A DNA stretch of 64,000 nucleotides from Octopus sinensis (lineage: Eukaryota). The notes beneath the pieces were generated by a model. It worked only from the letters and a program-made list of their open reading frames with translations, was not told the origin of the DNA and did no database searches. Where the stretch lies: positions 84,258,001-84,322,000 of the forward strand of contig NC_043002.1 in the NCBI RefSeq assembly GCF_006345805.1, written 5' to 3'. Shown here piece by piece: positions 11,041 through 25,248 of this stretch. The stretch's first letter is position 1. Each line of letters starts with the position of its first letter. Position numbers and translations under genes: made by a program.

Positions 11041-11689
11041 AGAAACATCTCAATTTACTCTTAGATCACTCTCACTTCTCTATCACCTATTTAAAAATAC
11101 TGCTTCATAAAATATATCATTGAAATATAGAGTGAGACACAGTCCTCCAAACTAAGAGAGTAGTAACATCAAATAAGAACTTACTTGAACTCTGACAACC
11201 TACTCAACCCATGCCGACTTGGAAAGTAGATGTTAAAATGTTGATGATGATTACCATCATCATCATCTGCATTACTACACAACCACAAACTGCACTTAAC
11301 TACTAACCATTTCTCATTGTTCTGTAACCTTACAAAATGTTTCCTTTCTTCCCTAGAGCTCCTACGTTGATCAGAAACTCTCTTCCTGATCATGATTCCT
11401 TAATGACCATTAAGCTTGTTGTAATTCAAATTGATCATTAACTACACTCATCTCATCCAATTTTTTTTCCTACTTCTTCTGTCTAGGATGGTCTATATAC
11501 ATCATGGGTGGTATTATTACTCTTATCTGAACTAAGTAATTAAAAAAAAAATGTCATTTTAAATAATTCAGATAAATATATTGGCAGGCATGCTAAGATT
11601 GAAGAGTAGATATAAACGCATTTTTAAGCAGAATGATGTGTGTGTGTGTACAAACAATTCACATTGTTATCTTCTTTTCTTGTCATCAT

Positions 11690-11890
11690 TTCTCCATTTT
11701 TTCCCTGCTTGCACAGATTATATGGGTCTTCCCCAGTACAGCCTCTTGCCAGTTGTTACACGATTTGATCTTACCTCCTTCTTGAGGGTCAGTATCCTAA
11801 GATCAGCATTTACTGCTTCTTCCCATGTCTTCTTCAGTCTTCCAATTCTGCAAGATGCTTCCACTTGGAACCAGCTCTCCTCTTCCATTT
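11690..11890 (-). mobile_element. Degenerate RTE ORF C-terminus
   Basis: Minus strand VEASCRIGRLKKTWEEAVNADLRILTLKKEV aligns with GRGRPRKTWDEVVKHDLRTLGLTEEM of the 2357-2590 copy. Confidence 0.75.
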
Positions 11891-12354
11891 GCATCACATG
11901 TAGGTAACAGGAAATGTGAATTCTAAGGAACCTGCTAGGCATCTGAAGGAAATCATACTGCAAACTACTTTTGTGCATTTATTGAATACAAGGTCCTTAT
12001 TCTCTGTCAGCTTTCCTGTGATACCTCTGCACTGCTATGCACCCATAGTTTGTATTGGTTACACTGTAGGTATGTAATTCCCACCCACCGCTTTTCTGCA
12101 TGTTGAGCATGGCCATTTCCCAGATGGCTGTAGAGTTTTGTCTTCTTATTAACTAAAACTTATATTTGCAAGGTTTACTTTGAGGCTTCTTGATTCTAAG
12201 CTTTACTTTAATATCTAGAATTTCTTTTCTAATTCAACAGATTTGGTTATAAGAATTAATTCATTGGCATATGGAAGTTTCCATAGGCAGCCAGTTTTAA
12301 ATCTTTCTATTACTGTCTGAAAAACTATAATAAACCAAATGGGACTGAGACTAT

Positions 12355-12690
12355 TAAGGAATTACAACCGTGTTTCATGGTCTGCTACCACAACAGCTCC
12401 TTTATAGGATCCAGTTAGCTCAAGACATCATCAGGAGGAACCACATCTAGTTTCGGCCCCTACTCCTCAACCGTTTTGACGTGCCCCCCCCCTTTCGGAA
12501 GTGTCTTCAACTCTGGTGTTGAGTGCATGTCTTCTTTCTTCTGTTCCTTGGCCTCTTCGATGTATCGTCAGCGAGTTTCTGACTTGTCAAATTTTTCCCT
12601 TTAAATACCCACTGCTAGGCTCCAGCAGGCAGCCCCAGCAGTTGTCACATGACACTGTCTCACCTTAATTGACTAGTGAAGGCGCATTGA
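12355..12690 (-). mobile_element. LTR-like interspersed repeat, copy 1
   Basis: Reverse complement of 41150-41490 with clear homology over more than 300 bp. Confidence 0.65.
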
Positions 12691-12739
12691 ATTCATTGCT
12701 AACTCTTACTTTGCTACCAGCATCTTTGTAATTCCTTTT

Positions 12740-13110
12740 AATTTTCTTTTCTTTTTGCATTAGTGAAGACAAGTGCTCTGCTACAATTCTATACACTTTT
12801 CACTTTTCTCTAATAGTGTCTTGGTCTGCACTGGCACACTGTTTTGCAATCTGCAACATCTCTCAACCTCTTATCACAGAACATTGGCAAACTTCTTATT
12901 TTCAGCATCTCTTTTTGCTAAGTATATATGACATCTTACTTCTCTTCTGGTTGCTTGATATTGTTTCTGACTCTCCCATTTTCTTCCAATCTTTCCATTC
13001 CTACCTCTTAGCTTTTATGGCTCTGTACACACTTCCATTCCACCACCATGGCTCCTTTTCCTTGTAATACATACCAACTAGCATTTCTTTAAATCTATGT
13101 CTGGTCGAGA
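12740..13110 (-). mobile_element. Degenerate RTE ORF internal fragment (between endonuclease and RT)
   Basis: Minus strand with stops and frameshifts: EPWWWNGSVYRAIKAKR*EWKDWKK...YQATRREVRCHIYLAKRDAENKKFANVL, like the WWWN motif region of RTE ORFs. Confidence 0.65.
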
Positions 13111-14484
13111 AGTTGTTTTTTTTAGCTTCCCTGCTTTCCTTCTTGTTGCCTTGTCTCCGATTCCACACACACGATTTTTGAATGAGTTACTTTAAAAGTA
13201 ACCATGCATTAACATTATGTAATATTATAGTTAAATATCAATTTCTAATGTAAGCGTAGTTCTAATATATTCAGTATGGATTGAAAGGCACAAATCCATG
13301 TTATAAATGGATACCCAAACCAAATTCTATAAGTAACATTCCATTGGGTCTAGTTTCATTTTACTCTTGAGTTAAAAAAAACAACAAAAAAAACAAAACA
13401 AAACAAAACAAAAATGGATGGAAAAATGTGATAAGCACATTTTCAATTGTGTAGAGTTTCTTTTTTGCTAAAGTGAAAGTGAAGATCTACATCATTCTTC
13501 ATAATGCGTTTATTTTTTTTTTTCACTTTTTATTTATTCTAACCCCTTTTAAGCTAAAATTGAGCTTGCTTGTTCTTTCCATGAACTCACAAATTTGTGT
13601 TTTATCACCTTTAAGTGATTTACTGTTTCTCACTGAAGCTCTCTTTACTTCTTGCTCATGAATATAGTCTTTCGTTGTTTCTGCATTTGTTACAATTTTT
13701 ACATTTCTCCTTTAATCATTCTTCTCCTCCTCTGCCCGCCCCCCCACCCATTCTCTCTCTCCCTCTCTCTGACTGTTTCTCTAATGCTATTGTAAAATTT
13801 GATTCTCTCTCTCTTCTATTCTTTATTTGCTCAAGATTATTGGTTTGAAAGCATGATGTCCCATCTTGTAACAAACCACTCTATTTTCACGGAGAACCAA
13901 TATCCATGTTTACACACCACACACCAAGACATGACGTGACCTGTTCTCTGGCTTTCTTTCTCTTTCTCTTCCTATATGTTTTCTGTTAGTCATTCTCTTC
14001 CTCTCTCTCCTCCTTCGTTCTCTTTCATGCATTCTATCTTTACTCTGTCTCTCCTCTCACTCTTATCCTGTCTTGAGAGATTACTCACACTTGTTATAAC
14101 TCTTTCTTGCACTGATATCTAGCACTCTCTACTAGCTTAAAAGCTGTTCAATAGAGTGACTTTTAAGCAACTAACCCTGAATGGGAAGATCTGCAAACAG
14201 ATCTCAGACTTGTTTTGGAGAACTTGTTGCAATTGCTTCCTCCAGAGTCATATCCCAATGATCATATTCGTTGCTAAAAATCATGTAAAAAAATTCACTG
14301 AAAACAATCGCAGTAATGAAAACATATGAATCCGAAATTTCAGGATTGCAGGTCTGGATTCGGCCCAGAATGTTTTTGATTTACTCATGGAGTCAGCCTG
14401 ATTCCAAAATCGTATGGTATGTTGGGCAACGGCCACTTGGGGTGAAGTTGAAAAAGTGTGACACACTAACATTTATTATATTAG

Positions 14485-14677
14485 ATGTGTGCCTCACCAC
14501 TGCTTGACAACTGGTGCTAGTGTGTTTACTTTCCCATTACTTAGCAGTTTGGCAAAAAGAGACCTACAGAATAAGTACCAGGCTTAAAAAAAAATAATAA
14601 TTACTGGGTTTGATTCATTTGACTAAAAATTCTTCAGCATGGCCACAGCCAAATGTCTGAAACAAACAGATAAAAGA
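14485..14677 (+). mobile_element. SINE family A, 3' half, diverged
   Basis: 'gcttgacaactggtgct..tgtgtttac...cagaataagtaccaggctt'. Confidence 0.7.
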
Positions 14678-15423
14678 TCTCTTTCTCTCATGAGTCTGTA
14701 GCCTATGCTGAATAATGGTCCTTGAGAAAGTTAGTGAATGTTCATTTTATTACTATTATACTAGTTCTCTTATTTCATAGTAGTAGTGGTGGTGATGGTG
14801 TTAACAATGGTGGTTTTAGTTGTTGATGTTTGTAGTGATTAGTGGTAGTTGGTGGGAAGTAAGAGTACCATTGACTTTGTGTGTGCATAATGGAATTGAT
14901 TTGACAAAGAAATTATATACACACAGACACACGCACACACACATATATATAAAGTGTGTATGTATCAGAATTATTGAAATGAAGGAAAATAGTATGATGT
15001 GGGAGTGGCACGAAGTGTGCGAGAATGTTGTGTATGTATATATATAGATATGGGACTACTGATATGTATGTATGATGCATTCCTCAGTCAAGAACATGAA
15101 ACTGAAAGCTGATTGGCTGAGAAGAATGAGGAGAACTGCAATCAGCTGATCGTCAAGGACGTGCTAGCAACTGTTGTAATACTGATGGGACATGTTAAAA
15201 TGAAACTGTAAATAGTGAAGCTATATATCAGTGTATACAATTCTAGGACACTACTTTTATAGGATTTTTAGTTGAAAATATCGGTATTTATTTCAGCCTC
15301 TAACTAATTTTATCGATCTCTGTCTGTCAAACAACTAAGTTAACTTTTGATGTAACTTGATATGATAGTGACAGAGGGCAAATTGATAAATTATTTAATT
15401 GATTGACTATTGTATAGATTTAT

Positions 15424-15845
15424 ACTCTTTACTCTCTTTTACTCTTTTACTTGTTTCAGTCATTTGACTCTGGCCATGCTGGAGCACCGCCTTTAGTCAA
15501 GCAAATCAACCCCAGGACTTATTCTTTGTAAGCCTAGTATTTATTCTATCGGTCACTTTTGCCAAACCACTAAGTTACGGGGGTGTAAACACGCCAGCAT
15601 CAGTTGTCAAGCGATGTTGGGGAGAAAAACACAGACACACAAATGTTTACACACACATACATATATATATATACATATATGCAACTGGCTTCTTTCAGTT
15701 TCCGTCTACCAAATCCACTCACAAGGCTTTGGTCAGCCTGAGGCTATAGTAGAAGACACTTGCCCAAGGTGCCACACAGTGAGAATGAACCCGGAACCAT
15801 GTGGTTGGTAAGCAAGCTACTTACCACACAGCCACTCCTGCACCT
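15424..15845 (-). mobile_element. SINE family A, full length
   Basis: Minus-strand head 'ggtgcaggagtggctgtgtggtaagtagcttgcttacc...ggttccgggttc' (A/B boxes) through the (gagtaaaa)n tail. Confidence 0.9.
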
Positions 15846-15989
15846 TATATAAATTTTATATGCACAAACCAATGAGTATAGTAATGAAATAGTTCCTCTT
15901 GTTGTTCAAAAAGATTATAACCTTGAGAAAGTTATATAATAGCATTGACTTCAGATTTTAAAAAATCTGACTGCAATATGTGTGTGTGT

Positions 15990-16200
15990 CTAGGCACATG
16001 ACTTAATAGTTAGGGTGTTGCACTAATGATCATAAGACTGCCTGGTCCAGTGTGTTCTTGTGCAAAACATTTCATTTTATGTTGCACCAGTCCACCCAGC
16101 TGGCAAAAATGAGCAATTCTGTGATGTACTGGTCTCCCTTCCAAGCGTGTAATATATATGTTACAGAATCTGGGAGACTGGTCTTATGAACCTATGACTC
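15990..16200 (+). mobile_element. SINE family B, diverged
   Basis: Homology to 29395-29648. Confidence 0.6.
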
Positions 16201-16984
16201 AAAAAGAACCTTTTGATTCTTTTTTTTTTTTATATATAAGACGCATACCCATCATTCAAAGTGAGTATGATCTGGCAGCTTATACCGTGGTTTCACTAAT
16301 TGTTTTAGGTACCTATGTGATCACATGCAGGCATAAACACTTTCTTGATCTTCCTGCACTTGACTAATTGGATCATTGAGGATGTGATAACTAGAGGGAG
16401 AGAAGGCTGCCTCAGCAATTGGCTGATGATCATTTTCAGTTGAATTGACTGGACCCACATGAAATGAAGTGTCTTGTTTAAGGTCGCAATACACTGAATT
16501 GAAGCTTTGATCTTATGATTCTGAACCAATCACCCCTAACTACTTGGCTTCTACTTAGACTCCTTCTACCAAATTCTACTCCACAATACTTTGTAAGTGA
16601 AATTTGGTAAATGAGGTTCAGTAGTAGATATTTGTCCAAAGTGCCATCTTTTGTATTTATATTCTTTCAAAATTTCTTGAGTTTATTTTTGATTTTTTTG
16701 TTTGTTTTTAAGATACTTTAAAAATATGCTTTAACTTTTTTTTTTATTTTTCTGTTTTGTACATATTAGAACTACATTAAAAAAAATTTCTGTTCACAGT
16801 ACAAAAAGAAATAATCATTGACCTCACTGGCTTAAAAATAGACACAAACACAGCTAGTAGCTGTTTAATAAAACATAATTGATTATATTAAATAAGTTAA
16901 TAAAGAGAACATCTGCAACAAAGCATTCTAGGTTAGATGAGTGAGGATTAGCTGTCAGTAGATAACAACTTTCACTGCCTTTAT

Positions 16985-17190
16985 ATCATCATCATCATCA
17001 TTTAACTTCCATGTTCCATTCTGGCAAGGGTCAGATTGCTCGACAGAATCCAGTGTCCAACAACTGCATCATGCTCCAGTGTCTGCTTTGGCCTGGTTTC
17101 TACAGCTGGATGTCTTTCCTAATGCCATCCATTTTACATCATGGGCTGGGTGCTGCTTTTTTTTTTATGCCATCTGCACATTGTCGAGAC
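16985..17190 (-). mobile_element. RTE 3' end fragment, diverged
   Basis: (CAT)n plus 'ttctacagctggatg.c.ttcctaatgcc'. Confidence 0.65.
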
Positions 17191-17383
17191 TACTATGCAG
17201 TTTACTGGATTATAAGCACTGGGGGGGGGGAGTCAGTTTCATCCTGGGGAACAAGAGGATTACTATGAAGAGGGGGAGTGCAGAGCAGGTTCTTGTAGAA
17301 GGGTATTTATGACTACACACATCTAGTAGGGGAAAGCGAGGAGATGTGAATATTTTGTATAGACTTTGCTGTATATAACAACC

Positions 17384-17690
17384 GGCACAGCCAAGTGGTT
17401 AAGGAGCTTGCTTTGCAGTCATATGGTTTTGGGTTCTTCTATTATAGCCCCAGGCCAGCCAATGTATTGTAAGCAAATTTGGTTGATAGAAGCTATGTGG
17501 AAGTCTGCTTTATGTGTGTATGTGTGTGTGTGTGTGTCCGTCCTTCCACTACTTGACAGTGTCTGTTTGTTTATGACCCTGTGACTTAGCAGTTCAGCAA
17601 AAGAAATTAGTACCAATTTGTTCAACTAAACTAAAGTGATGCCCCAGTATGGCTGCAATCCAATGACTGAAACAAGTAACAGATAAAAGA
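17384..17690 (+). mobile_element. SINE family A, diverged
   Basis: Head, central (GT)n and 3' 'aatgactgaaacaagtaa' recognisable. Confidence 0.65.
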
Positions 17691-17724
17691 TATAACTGGT
17701 TAAAACTAAAGCTGTTAATCTAAC

Positions 17725-17880
17725 ATAGTGGAAGCACTTGGCTGAGTGGTTGGGGGTGTTCAGCTCATGACCATAAAGATGTGGGTTCAATTCCTGGACC
17801 AGATGTCGCATTGTGTTCTTAAGCAAAGCACTTCATTTCATGCTGTTCCAGCCCATTCAGTTGCAAATAAGTTCTAGCTG
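17725..17880 (+). mobile_element. SINE family B, 5' part
   Basis: 'ggctgagtggtt...gggttcaattcctggacc...cacttcatttcatgctg'. Confidence 0.65.
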
Positions 17881-18939
17881 AATGCTAATACAGTTCTCTC
17901 TCTCTCTCTCTCTCTTTCCTACTATCACATTCTGAATGTTCCAATGCCTCAAGGGTGGGAGGAAACCGAGAGAATGACTCTCTGCCCACAATTGTGTAGG
18001 CTTGTAAAGCTGTTAGCAAAAGTATGATACATTCTATTCAGGCCTACTTGCTTGTGAGTGACAGCTGTGTAATCTAACATGGTTAATGAATGGTATTACT
18101 ACTAATGGTTCTCATCAGGTATCAGATTCTTTACAAAGTTGTACCATAGAACATCATTGATTTGCTTTATTTGTTTATATATTCATTTTGTTGTTGTTGT
18201 TGCAGACAAGGTTTTCTATTATAAACAAATTTGTTGTTGGATTCTTGTTAGATTGTTGTACATTATCGGAAGCCAATGGCATTAGGGTGATAAATACAGT
18301 ATCATTTCCGGCATTTTTGTAATCAACTAACTTGTTTAAGGCTAATTAATGTTGTTGTTCTTTCATTTCAAAAGTGTTCTATGGTTTCAATGCATCAACA
18401 GCAACGGAATTGTCTTAACATCTGCTTTTCTATGCTCATACAATATGTCAAGTCGGGAATAAAAAGGCGCCTGTTGTACCTATTTTTGTTGTGTTACTTC
18501 AGATTAGCTCCAATTGAACAGATCTATGGTCAAGGACGCTCCAACCATGACCATCTTTTTTTGGTCTTTGTCAATGTACCTAGGATCACATGATCCAGTG
18601 TGGTACTTTTCTGACGGTGACAGTATGGTGAGATATGAAAGAATTTTGGTTGCTATTTCTGGCAGGTCAAGTGACCATGTAGTGACTCCCCTCCTTGGTT
18701 CATGATTGCATTTTGTTCCATGTGAGATTCAATGTTTTCAGCTCTGCTTTTATTCTCTTCAAAAGTCTTGATCTGGCCTGTACAATAGGTACCTTCCACT
18801 ATTAATTCATCATATTTTCTCCATCCTACCCCCAATAAGATCAGTCTATATACATATGTGCCACAATAAAAAGCACTCTCGTGTCACTACATCAAAGAAA
18901 CATGTGGGCAGAATTTTGAACATTAAAAAAAACAAAATT

Positions 18940-19377
18940 AAAAAATCAAATCAAAATCGAAATCGATCAACATCAATGGAATTTGTAGTTGTGGTACCAG
19001 TGCTGGTGGCACATAAGAGAACCATCCGAACGTGGCCGTAGCCAGCACCGCATCGACTGGCCTCCGTGCTGGTTGCACGTAACAAACACCATCCGATCGT
19101 GGCCATTGCCAGCCTTGCCTGGCCTCCGTGCCAGTGGCACATAAAAGGCACCATCCGAGCATGGCCGTTTGCCAGCCTCGTCTGGCACCTGTGCTGGTGG
19201 CACGTAAAAAGCACCCACTACACTCATAGAGTGGTTGGTGTTAGGAAGGGCATCCAGCTGTAGAAACACTGCCAGATCTGACTGGCCTGGTGCAGCCTTC
19301 GGGCTTCCCAGACCCCAGTTGAACTGTCCAACCCATGCTAGCATGAAAAGTGGACGTTAAACGATGATGATGATGAT
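18940..19377 (+). mobile_element. RTE LINE 3'UTR fragment, low divergence
   Basis: Hairpin modules plus complete terminus and (GAT)n tail. Confidence 0.85.
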
Positions 19378-19387
19378 TATTTTAAGC

Positions 19388-19700
19388 TTTTGTTTCAGTC
19401 ATTAGACTGCAGCCATGCTGGGGCATCATTTGAAGGGGTTTAATTGATCTTATCAATACTGGTACTTAATTTTATTTCAGTAAGTTACAGGATGTAAACA
19501 AACCAACTTAGTCATATGGCAAAATACAGAAACAGACAAACACATACCTGAAGGGTTTCCATAAAGTTTCTGTCAGTTGCTGGGGACTGGTTAACCTGGG
19601 ATTGTAATTGAAGACTCTTGCCTAAGGTGTTATGCAATGGGACTGAACCTGACCTTGCATGGTTGTCAAATGAACTTCTTGACCATGCAGCCATGCTTGC
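19388..19700 (-). mobile_element. SINE family A, diverged
   Basis: 'tgtttcagtcatt.gactgcagccatgctggggca' through 'gggactgaacc...accatgcagcc'. Confidence 0.65.
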
Positions 19701-19875
19701 CTGTCTGTCCACATATATATTTTTCTTTCATTAGATAAACACAAGGCATTAAGTTTATAGAGAAAATAAATGTCATTGCTTTTCTTGAGGATTTTAGTCA
19801 TCTAAAGTAAACTGGTTTTAAACTGGAAATCAAGCTCTCTTATTTACTTTCTCCTCCATGCCCAAATCACTTATT

Positions 19876-19877
<2 letters not shown>

Positions 19878-19944
<67 letters not shown>
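19878..19944. repeat. (CT)n microsatellite
   Basis: Direct reading. Confidence 0.95.
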
Positions 19945-19948
<4 letters not shown>

Positions 19949-21019
19949 TTGTTATTGTAAATTGCAAATTCCAATACTGTTGAAGTGTTTATAAGCAGAC
20001 TAAAATCACTTCAGTAATCTTTTTAGCAATACAAAAAATTACATATAATGATATTTTCTAAATAATTATCATTTGTATTTTATTAATGTAATTTATGTTA
20101 ATTATCATTTAATTATGCTAATTTCAACTATATATTGATCAATATTATTTTTAAGATCATTAATTAGCCTCCTTGGTGGAGGCCTTCCTATTTGCATAAT
20201 TTTTCCTCTAACATTGTTTTGATCAAATGAATTAAAGCAGGCGCAAGTTTTTGTTCCAATTTGTTACAAGTCTGAAGCTATTATTAATGTTATTGTTTCT
20301 ATGTTAATTTTAAACATTTTGTTGTCAGCAAAATGTTTTATGATGATTCTTAGTTCTGATGGCAACTAATTGTGTTGTTGGGACAACATTGGTGATTTAC
20401 TCTTCATGGAGAAGTACCAGGGAAGATATACTAGGCTTCTCTTACATGGAAATTTCGAGGCTCATAAAAGCTACTGGTGTCGGTGGAAAACTCATAAATT
20501 ATAGAGAGAATGCTGACAAAGCTTAGAGCTATGTGAGATTCACCTATCATCATCATATCTGTTTACAACTAAGTAGACTGTGAGATTTAAGTGTTTAAGC
20601 CATGAAGCTCAACATTGGCGACAGGATGAAAACCATTGACCTTTTGTTTGGTAAGACTAATATCCTATTGACTTGACCTGCTGCAGATTTTTGCAACAAA
20701 TTAGTTTCATAAAATAACAATGAGAAATATAGCATTTCAAGAATATTTTGTATAATGTAAATAGTAAAACACAATATAGTTTTCTTAAAGAAAAAGCACT
20801 TAGTTCCTCTATCCCTATTATATATCTCTTTTATATATTTGCCTTCTACCTTGACCTCACATCACTCTCTTTCCAGATGGGGGAGCCATGTACTCATCTC
20901 TTCAGTAAGACACCTGCTCCTGACCCTCTTATTACTTTCTTAACCCTCAACATCATACCAAACTCAGTTGAAGAGTCTTGTATTGCGAGCACTTGGTGAT
21001 CTCACTAGTACTGGTGCTA

Positions 21020-21185
21020 TGAAAAAAAAAGTACCCCGTACATGCTGTGAAGTGGTTGGCGTTGGGAAGGGCATCCAACCAAAACAGACATTGAAGCTTG
21101 GTGCAGTTCTCTGGCTTGTCATTTCATGTTCAACTGTCCAACCTCTATGCTAGCATTGAAAAGGTGATGTTAAATAATGATGATG
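21020..21185 (+). mobile_element. RTE 3' end fragment, diverged
   Basis: 'gtggttggcgttgggaagggcatccaac' and a degenerate tail. Confidence 0.6.
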
Positions 21186-21567
21186 TTTGTGTGGTTGCAT
21201 TTTGTCATGGCACCAGCACTAAAAATAAAAGAATTATCATGTACTAAGCAGGACTAAAGGGTCCTCTAGAGACTATGTTGTTTCCATTTGTTTGCCAACC
21301 TCTTTACAGAATGTGGGGTACAGAGTGCATTTTATCATGGAACCAACACTATTGAGGTAGCTTTTTTCCTTGTAAAACTAAAAAAGTTTTCACTATTCTG
21401 TAGCAAATCTATTTGCTCGAGGTAACGTGACCAAGAAATATGCATTTTATACCCAGCCAACCCATGTAAACATACACATAAGTCCAACTATATAAATGTT
21501 ATTGAATCAGTATTGCTAGCCTATGTTTCCTCTACATGGGTGGTATGAGTTTTTTTAAACAATTTAA

Positions 21568-21786
21568 CCCTTTAGTGTTCACATTATTCTGCCAAAATTA
21601 ATCCTTTTTTTATCCACATTGCTTTGAATTAATCATGCATTATCTTGTAGCTTTGAGATTTTGATGAGGTAACTGTTAACTCTTAAAATGATATTGTAGG
21701 GTTGATGTGAGAGACCAGATCTGGTCAGTTTGAACATAAAACAGGCAGAGTACTTTTGGCCGGATATGGTCGGTTTAAAAGCTAAA
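21568..21786. mobile_element. piggyBac-type MITE, right TIR degraded
   Basis: TTAA|ccctttagtgttc start; internal homology to 8770-8988. Confidence 0.7.
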
Positions 21787-22104
21787 CCCATGTCTTTTAT
21801 ACGACATTTAATTTTGCTAGCTGCAGGATCTAAAAACAAAAACCAGAACCTCAAGCTGTTGGGGCAACAGATTGATTTTCTGCTCCACCAACAGAGAAAT
21901 AAACAATTCAAATTACAACATACGTTTAATAGAATAATTAGTTTACAAGTCGTTTTGATTTGCATTAATTTCCCCCTTTTATTCCTCGTGTTTCTGATTG
22001 TATTTCTGATATATATCGATTACAAGACATCAAACCAATTTTGTTTAAGGAATGTATAAATACATAGCATGGAAAATGAATAATAAATGATGATGAAGAT
22101 GATG

Positions 22105-22137
<33 letters not shown>

Positions 22138-24189
22138 TCACAGACAGACAGACAGACAGAAAATAGGGAAAATGGATGTTAAGTGATAATGATAATATAT
22201 ACATCATTAATCTGAATAAGCAGGAATCTGTCTCCCGATATGGATCAAACGTGTGACTGTCACCTGATCAGAATAACCAGCTTACCAGTTGTTTTACATT
22301 TATTCTTTGTAAATCTTTTAAGACATGGCTGGAGTATATTCTCACTGGAAATTCTTTTATCTGGATTACAATAATTTCACTCGGCAGATCAATGGAAACT
22401 AGCTGTGCTGATCATTATTCCATTATATTAAACCTGTGATTCAATCTTTTCGCATGACCAACATGCTTAGGATTGTGAATTCAATCTCAATTATGTTATT
22501 ATGTGTCTCTGGACTTTTCCACACGTGAATTCTATTATTGATTACAAGACTTTATTTATTTTATTTATTTATTTATTTATTTGAGGGGGTGGTCCTACAG
22601 TCTCCTTTCCAATTAAGATTTGCTGTGAAATTATAGTGTGTGCTGCAATCGATATTTGATATGAAGAAAAAATTAAAAAAGACTTTGATTTAAAAAAAAA
22701 ACAAAAGAAATTCTTGGTAAAAGTGTTTTTATGTGAAAAAGAGAGAGTAATGTCTATGTTAGATTTAATAGAATTCGTTTGATCTTTTACTGGTTTCCTT
22801 TATTGGGTTGTGGTCATGCGTGGGTACTGGCTACAAGAATGTAATCAGTTACTGACTGTAGTTCTTTCATTGGTACTTATTATATTTTATGATGCTGAGG
22901 AGGATGGAAAAATGCTAAGTTTCAGCTTTAGTGGGATTTGAACTTAGAATGTAAAGGAAACATAACCTGCTACCACAAAGTTGTTTTTTTTTTCTTTTCT
23001 GGCTCTCTACCAGTTCTGCCAACCACCATGCTTGTAAGTTCTAATTGGAAGAGAGATTGAAGGTCTACACCAGCAAATAAAATAACTTGAGAAATAAAGA
23101 AAGCTTTGTAATTGATAAAGAACTTCACACGTGGAGAAGTCCAAAGACAAAAATGTAATTAACTGAATCTGCAGTGCTAAGTATGTTGGTCACGCAAAAG
23201 AGATTGAGTCACGAGTTTGATATTACAAAATAATGATCAGCACAGCCAATTTCCATTGATATGTTGACTGAAATTATTGTAATCCAGATAACGGGAATTT
23301 CCAGTAAAAGACAATACACAAGACTGTTTACGGAAAATTTATACAAAGTATCTGTGATAATTTGTATTTTTTAATAAAATTCTATCCCCTATCTGGCATT
23401 ATTCATCATCGTCATCACTTCTGTGTCCACTTTCCATGCTGGCATGGGTTGGATGAGTCATCATCTGAATAATTTCTTTTTTGGGAACCACTACTCTCAT
23501 AGACTGGTGTTTGTTTATGTAATTTTAACTTTTCTATACCTTCATGACCTTCATATTATCAACCTCTTTGCAGAGTGTACAGGATGCATTTTCTCACGGC
23601 ACTAGCACCAAAGAAGTGTCACAGGTCCTCAGTAACTCAAGAGTAAAGAGACTTCATAATTTTCTGCTTTATTCATCTGTTTACCATCCTCTTTACAGTG
23701 TCTAAAGAATGCATTTTTTATGGTACCAGTATTAGAGGAGTTGTTAAAATCCTCAGTGATACAAGTTTAAAGAGAACTCGCAACCCTACTCTTCCTCTGC
23801 TCATTCACCAATCACTCTATTGTTCACTAATAAACACCTTCAGTAGTGACAATTTCATTTTTCTAATATCACATTTTAGAGGTTTATTTTTCTCAGAAAT
23901 ATTTTCCACAGTAGTTGCAGGCATGGCAGTGTGGTAAGAAGTTTGCTTTCTAACCACATGATTTCAGGTTCAGTTCTAGTGTTTTTCTGATATAGCTCTT
24001 GGCTAACCAAAGTCTTGTGTGAGCGTATTTTGCTGTAAGAAGCTCTGTGCATGTGTGTGTGTGTTACTATTTCCTTGCCTTGTCATCATGTGATAGTTGT
24101 AAGCAGATGTCACTGACATTCAAGCAGTGTCCTTCATTTCCATTCTTCTGTGAAAATGTGTTTGGATATGAGGAAACCGCACCTACTTG

Positions 24190-24350
24190 AAAATAGGTGA
24201 GGGTTGATTACAGGAAAAGGATCTGTCCATAGAAAATCCACTCGACAAATTCTGTCCAATCCATGCCAGTGTAGAAAAGTGGATGTTAAAACAATTATGA
24301 TTATAAAATTGATCATGCTAGCTTGGAAGCCAGATGTCAAATGATGATCA
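24190..24350 (+). mobile_element. RTE-type 3' end fragment
   Basis: 'tccaatccatgccagtgtagaaaagtggatgttaaaa'. Confidence 0.55.
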
Positions 24351-24829
24351 CAGAGTCATGTTCTTATTTCTTCTTTTTCTTTTCCTCTCCTAACATTATC
24401 ATATTCCTATATCATCATAAAAATCTACTTCACTTTTAGTGATATATAAAATTACTGGATCATATGTTTCTATAATCTTTTTATGATGTATATATATATT
24501 TTGCACATATTGACCCACATTCTCACACTTTACATCTATTCATTATTGTTCCTCCCTTGCTGTTTTACTGACTGCCAATCCAGTGATGCATTAAGGCATG
24601 AGCATACTGAGTAGTTACCAGGCAGGGGTGGTGGCCTTAATTATGTATGCATGTATTCCGAGGTTCATATAATACTGCTAAGACAACCCTACACCTACAA
24701 ACACCTTTTTCCTCTTGATTACCCCTTTTTTCCTAACTTCTCCTTCTTATCTCTTTCCTCCCCTACACATCTTTTAAACTTATTTCTCATGGTTATCATA
24801 AAGATCTCTTATCTTCTTTACCCACTTAT

Positions 24830-25100
24830 TCCGGGGAGGTTTGTGGAAGTATAGTTCTCAAGCATTCCTTTCATTGGTGCCTGTCATAAGCAACCATCTT
24901 CAATTGATCCAGCCGGGTCTCCAAGTGAGTCCAACAAGCTCATGGATGCTATCCAGCCAGCTTGCTTTTGGTCTACCCCGAGGTCTCCTGCTGGTTGGTT
25001 TTGTCTGTAAAACCTGTCCAGCAATTCTTTTCCCGAGACATTCTTACCACATGTCTGTAGTATTGGAGCTGTCATTTCTCAGTTCAGAAAAGTAGTGGCT
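24830..25100 (-). mobile_element. Degenerate C-terminus of a second RTE-like LINE family
   Basis: Minus strand with frameshifts resembles GHVVRM...KP.GKRPRGRP.TRW...LG...L.MVA.DR. Confidence 0.5.
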
Positions 25101-25248
25101 CTACCTAGAGATTTATTGGAAATATCAGGGATTCTCATCAGCCTATGTCACATAATATCAAACCATACTATCAAACCAGCCTATGTCACATAATATCAAA
25201 CCATGGAAACTTTAATTGTTATATACTGATATACAGAAATATATGTTG

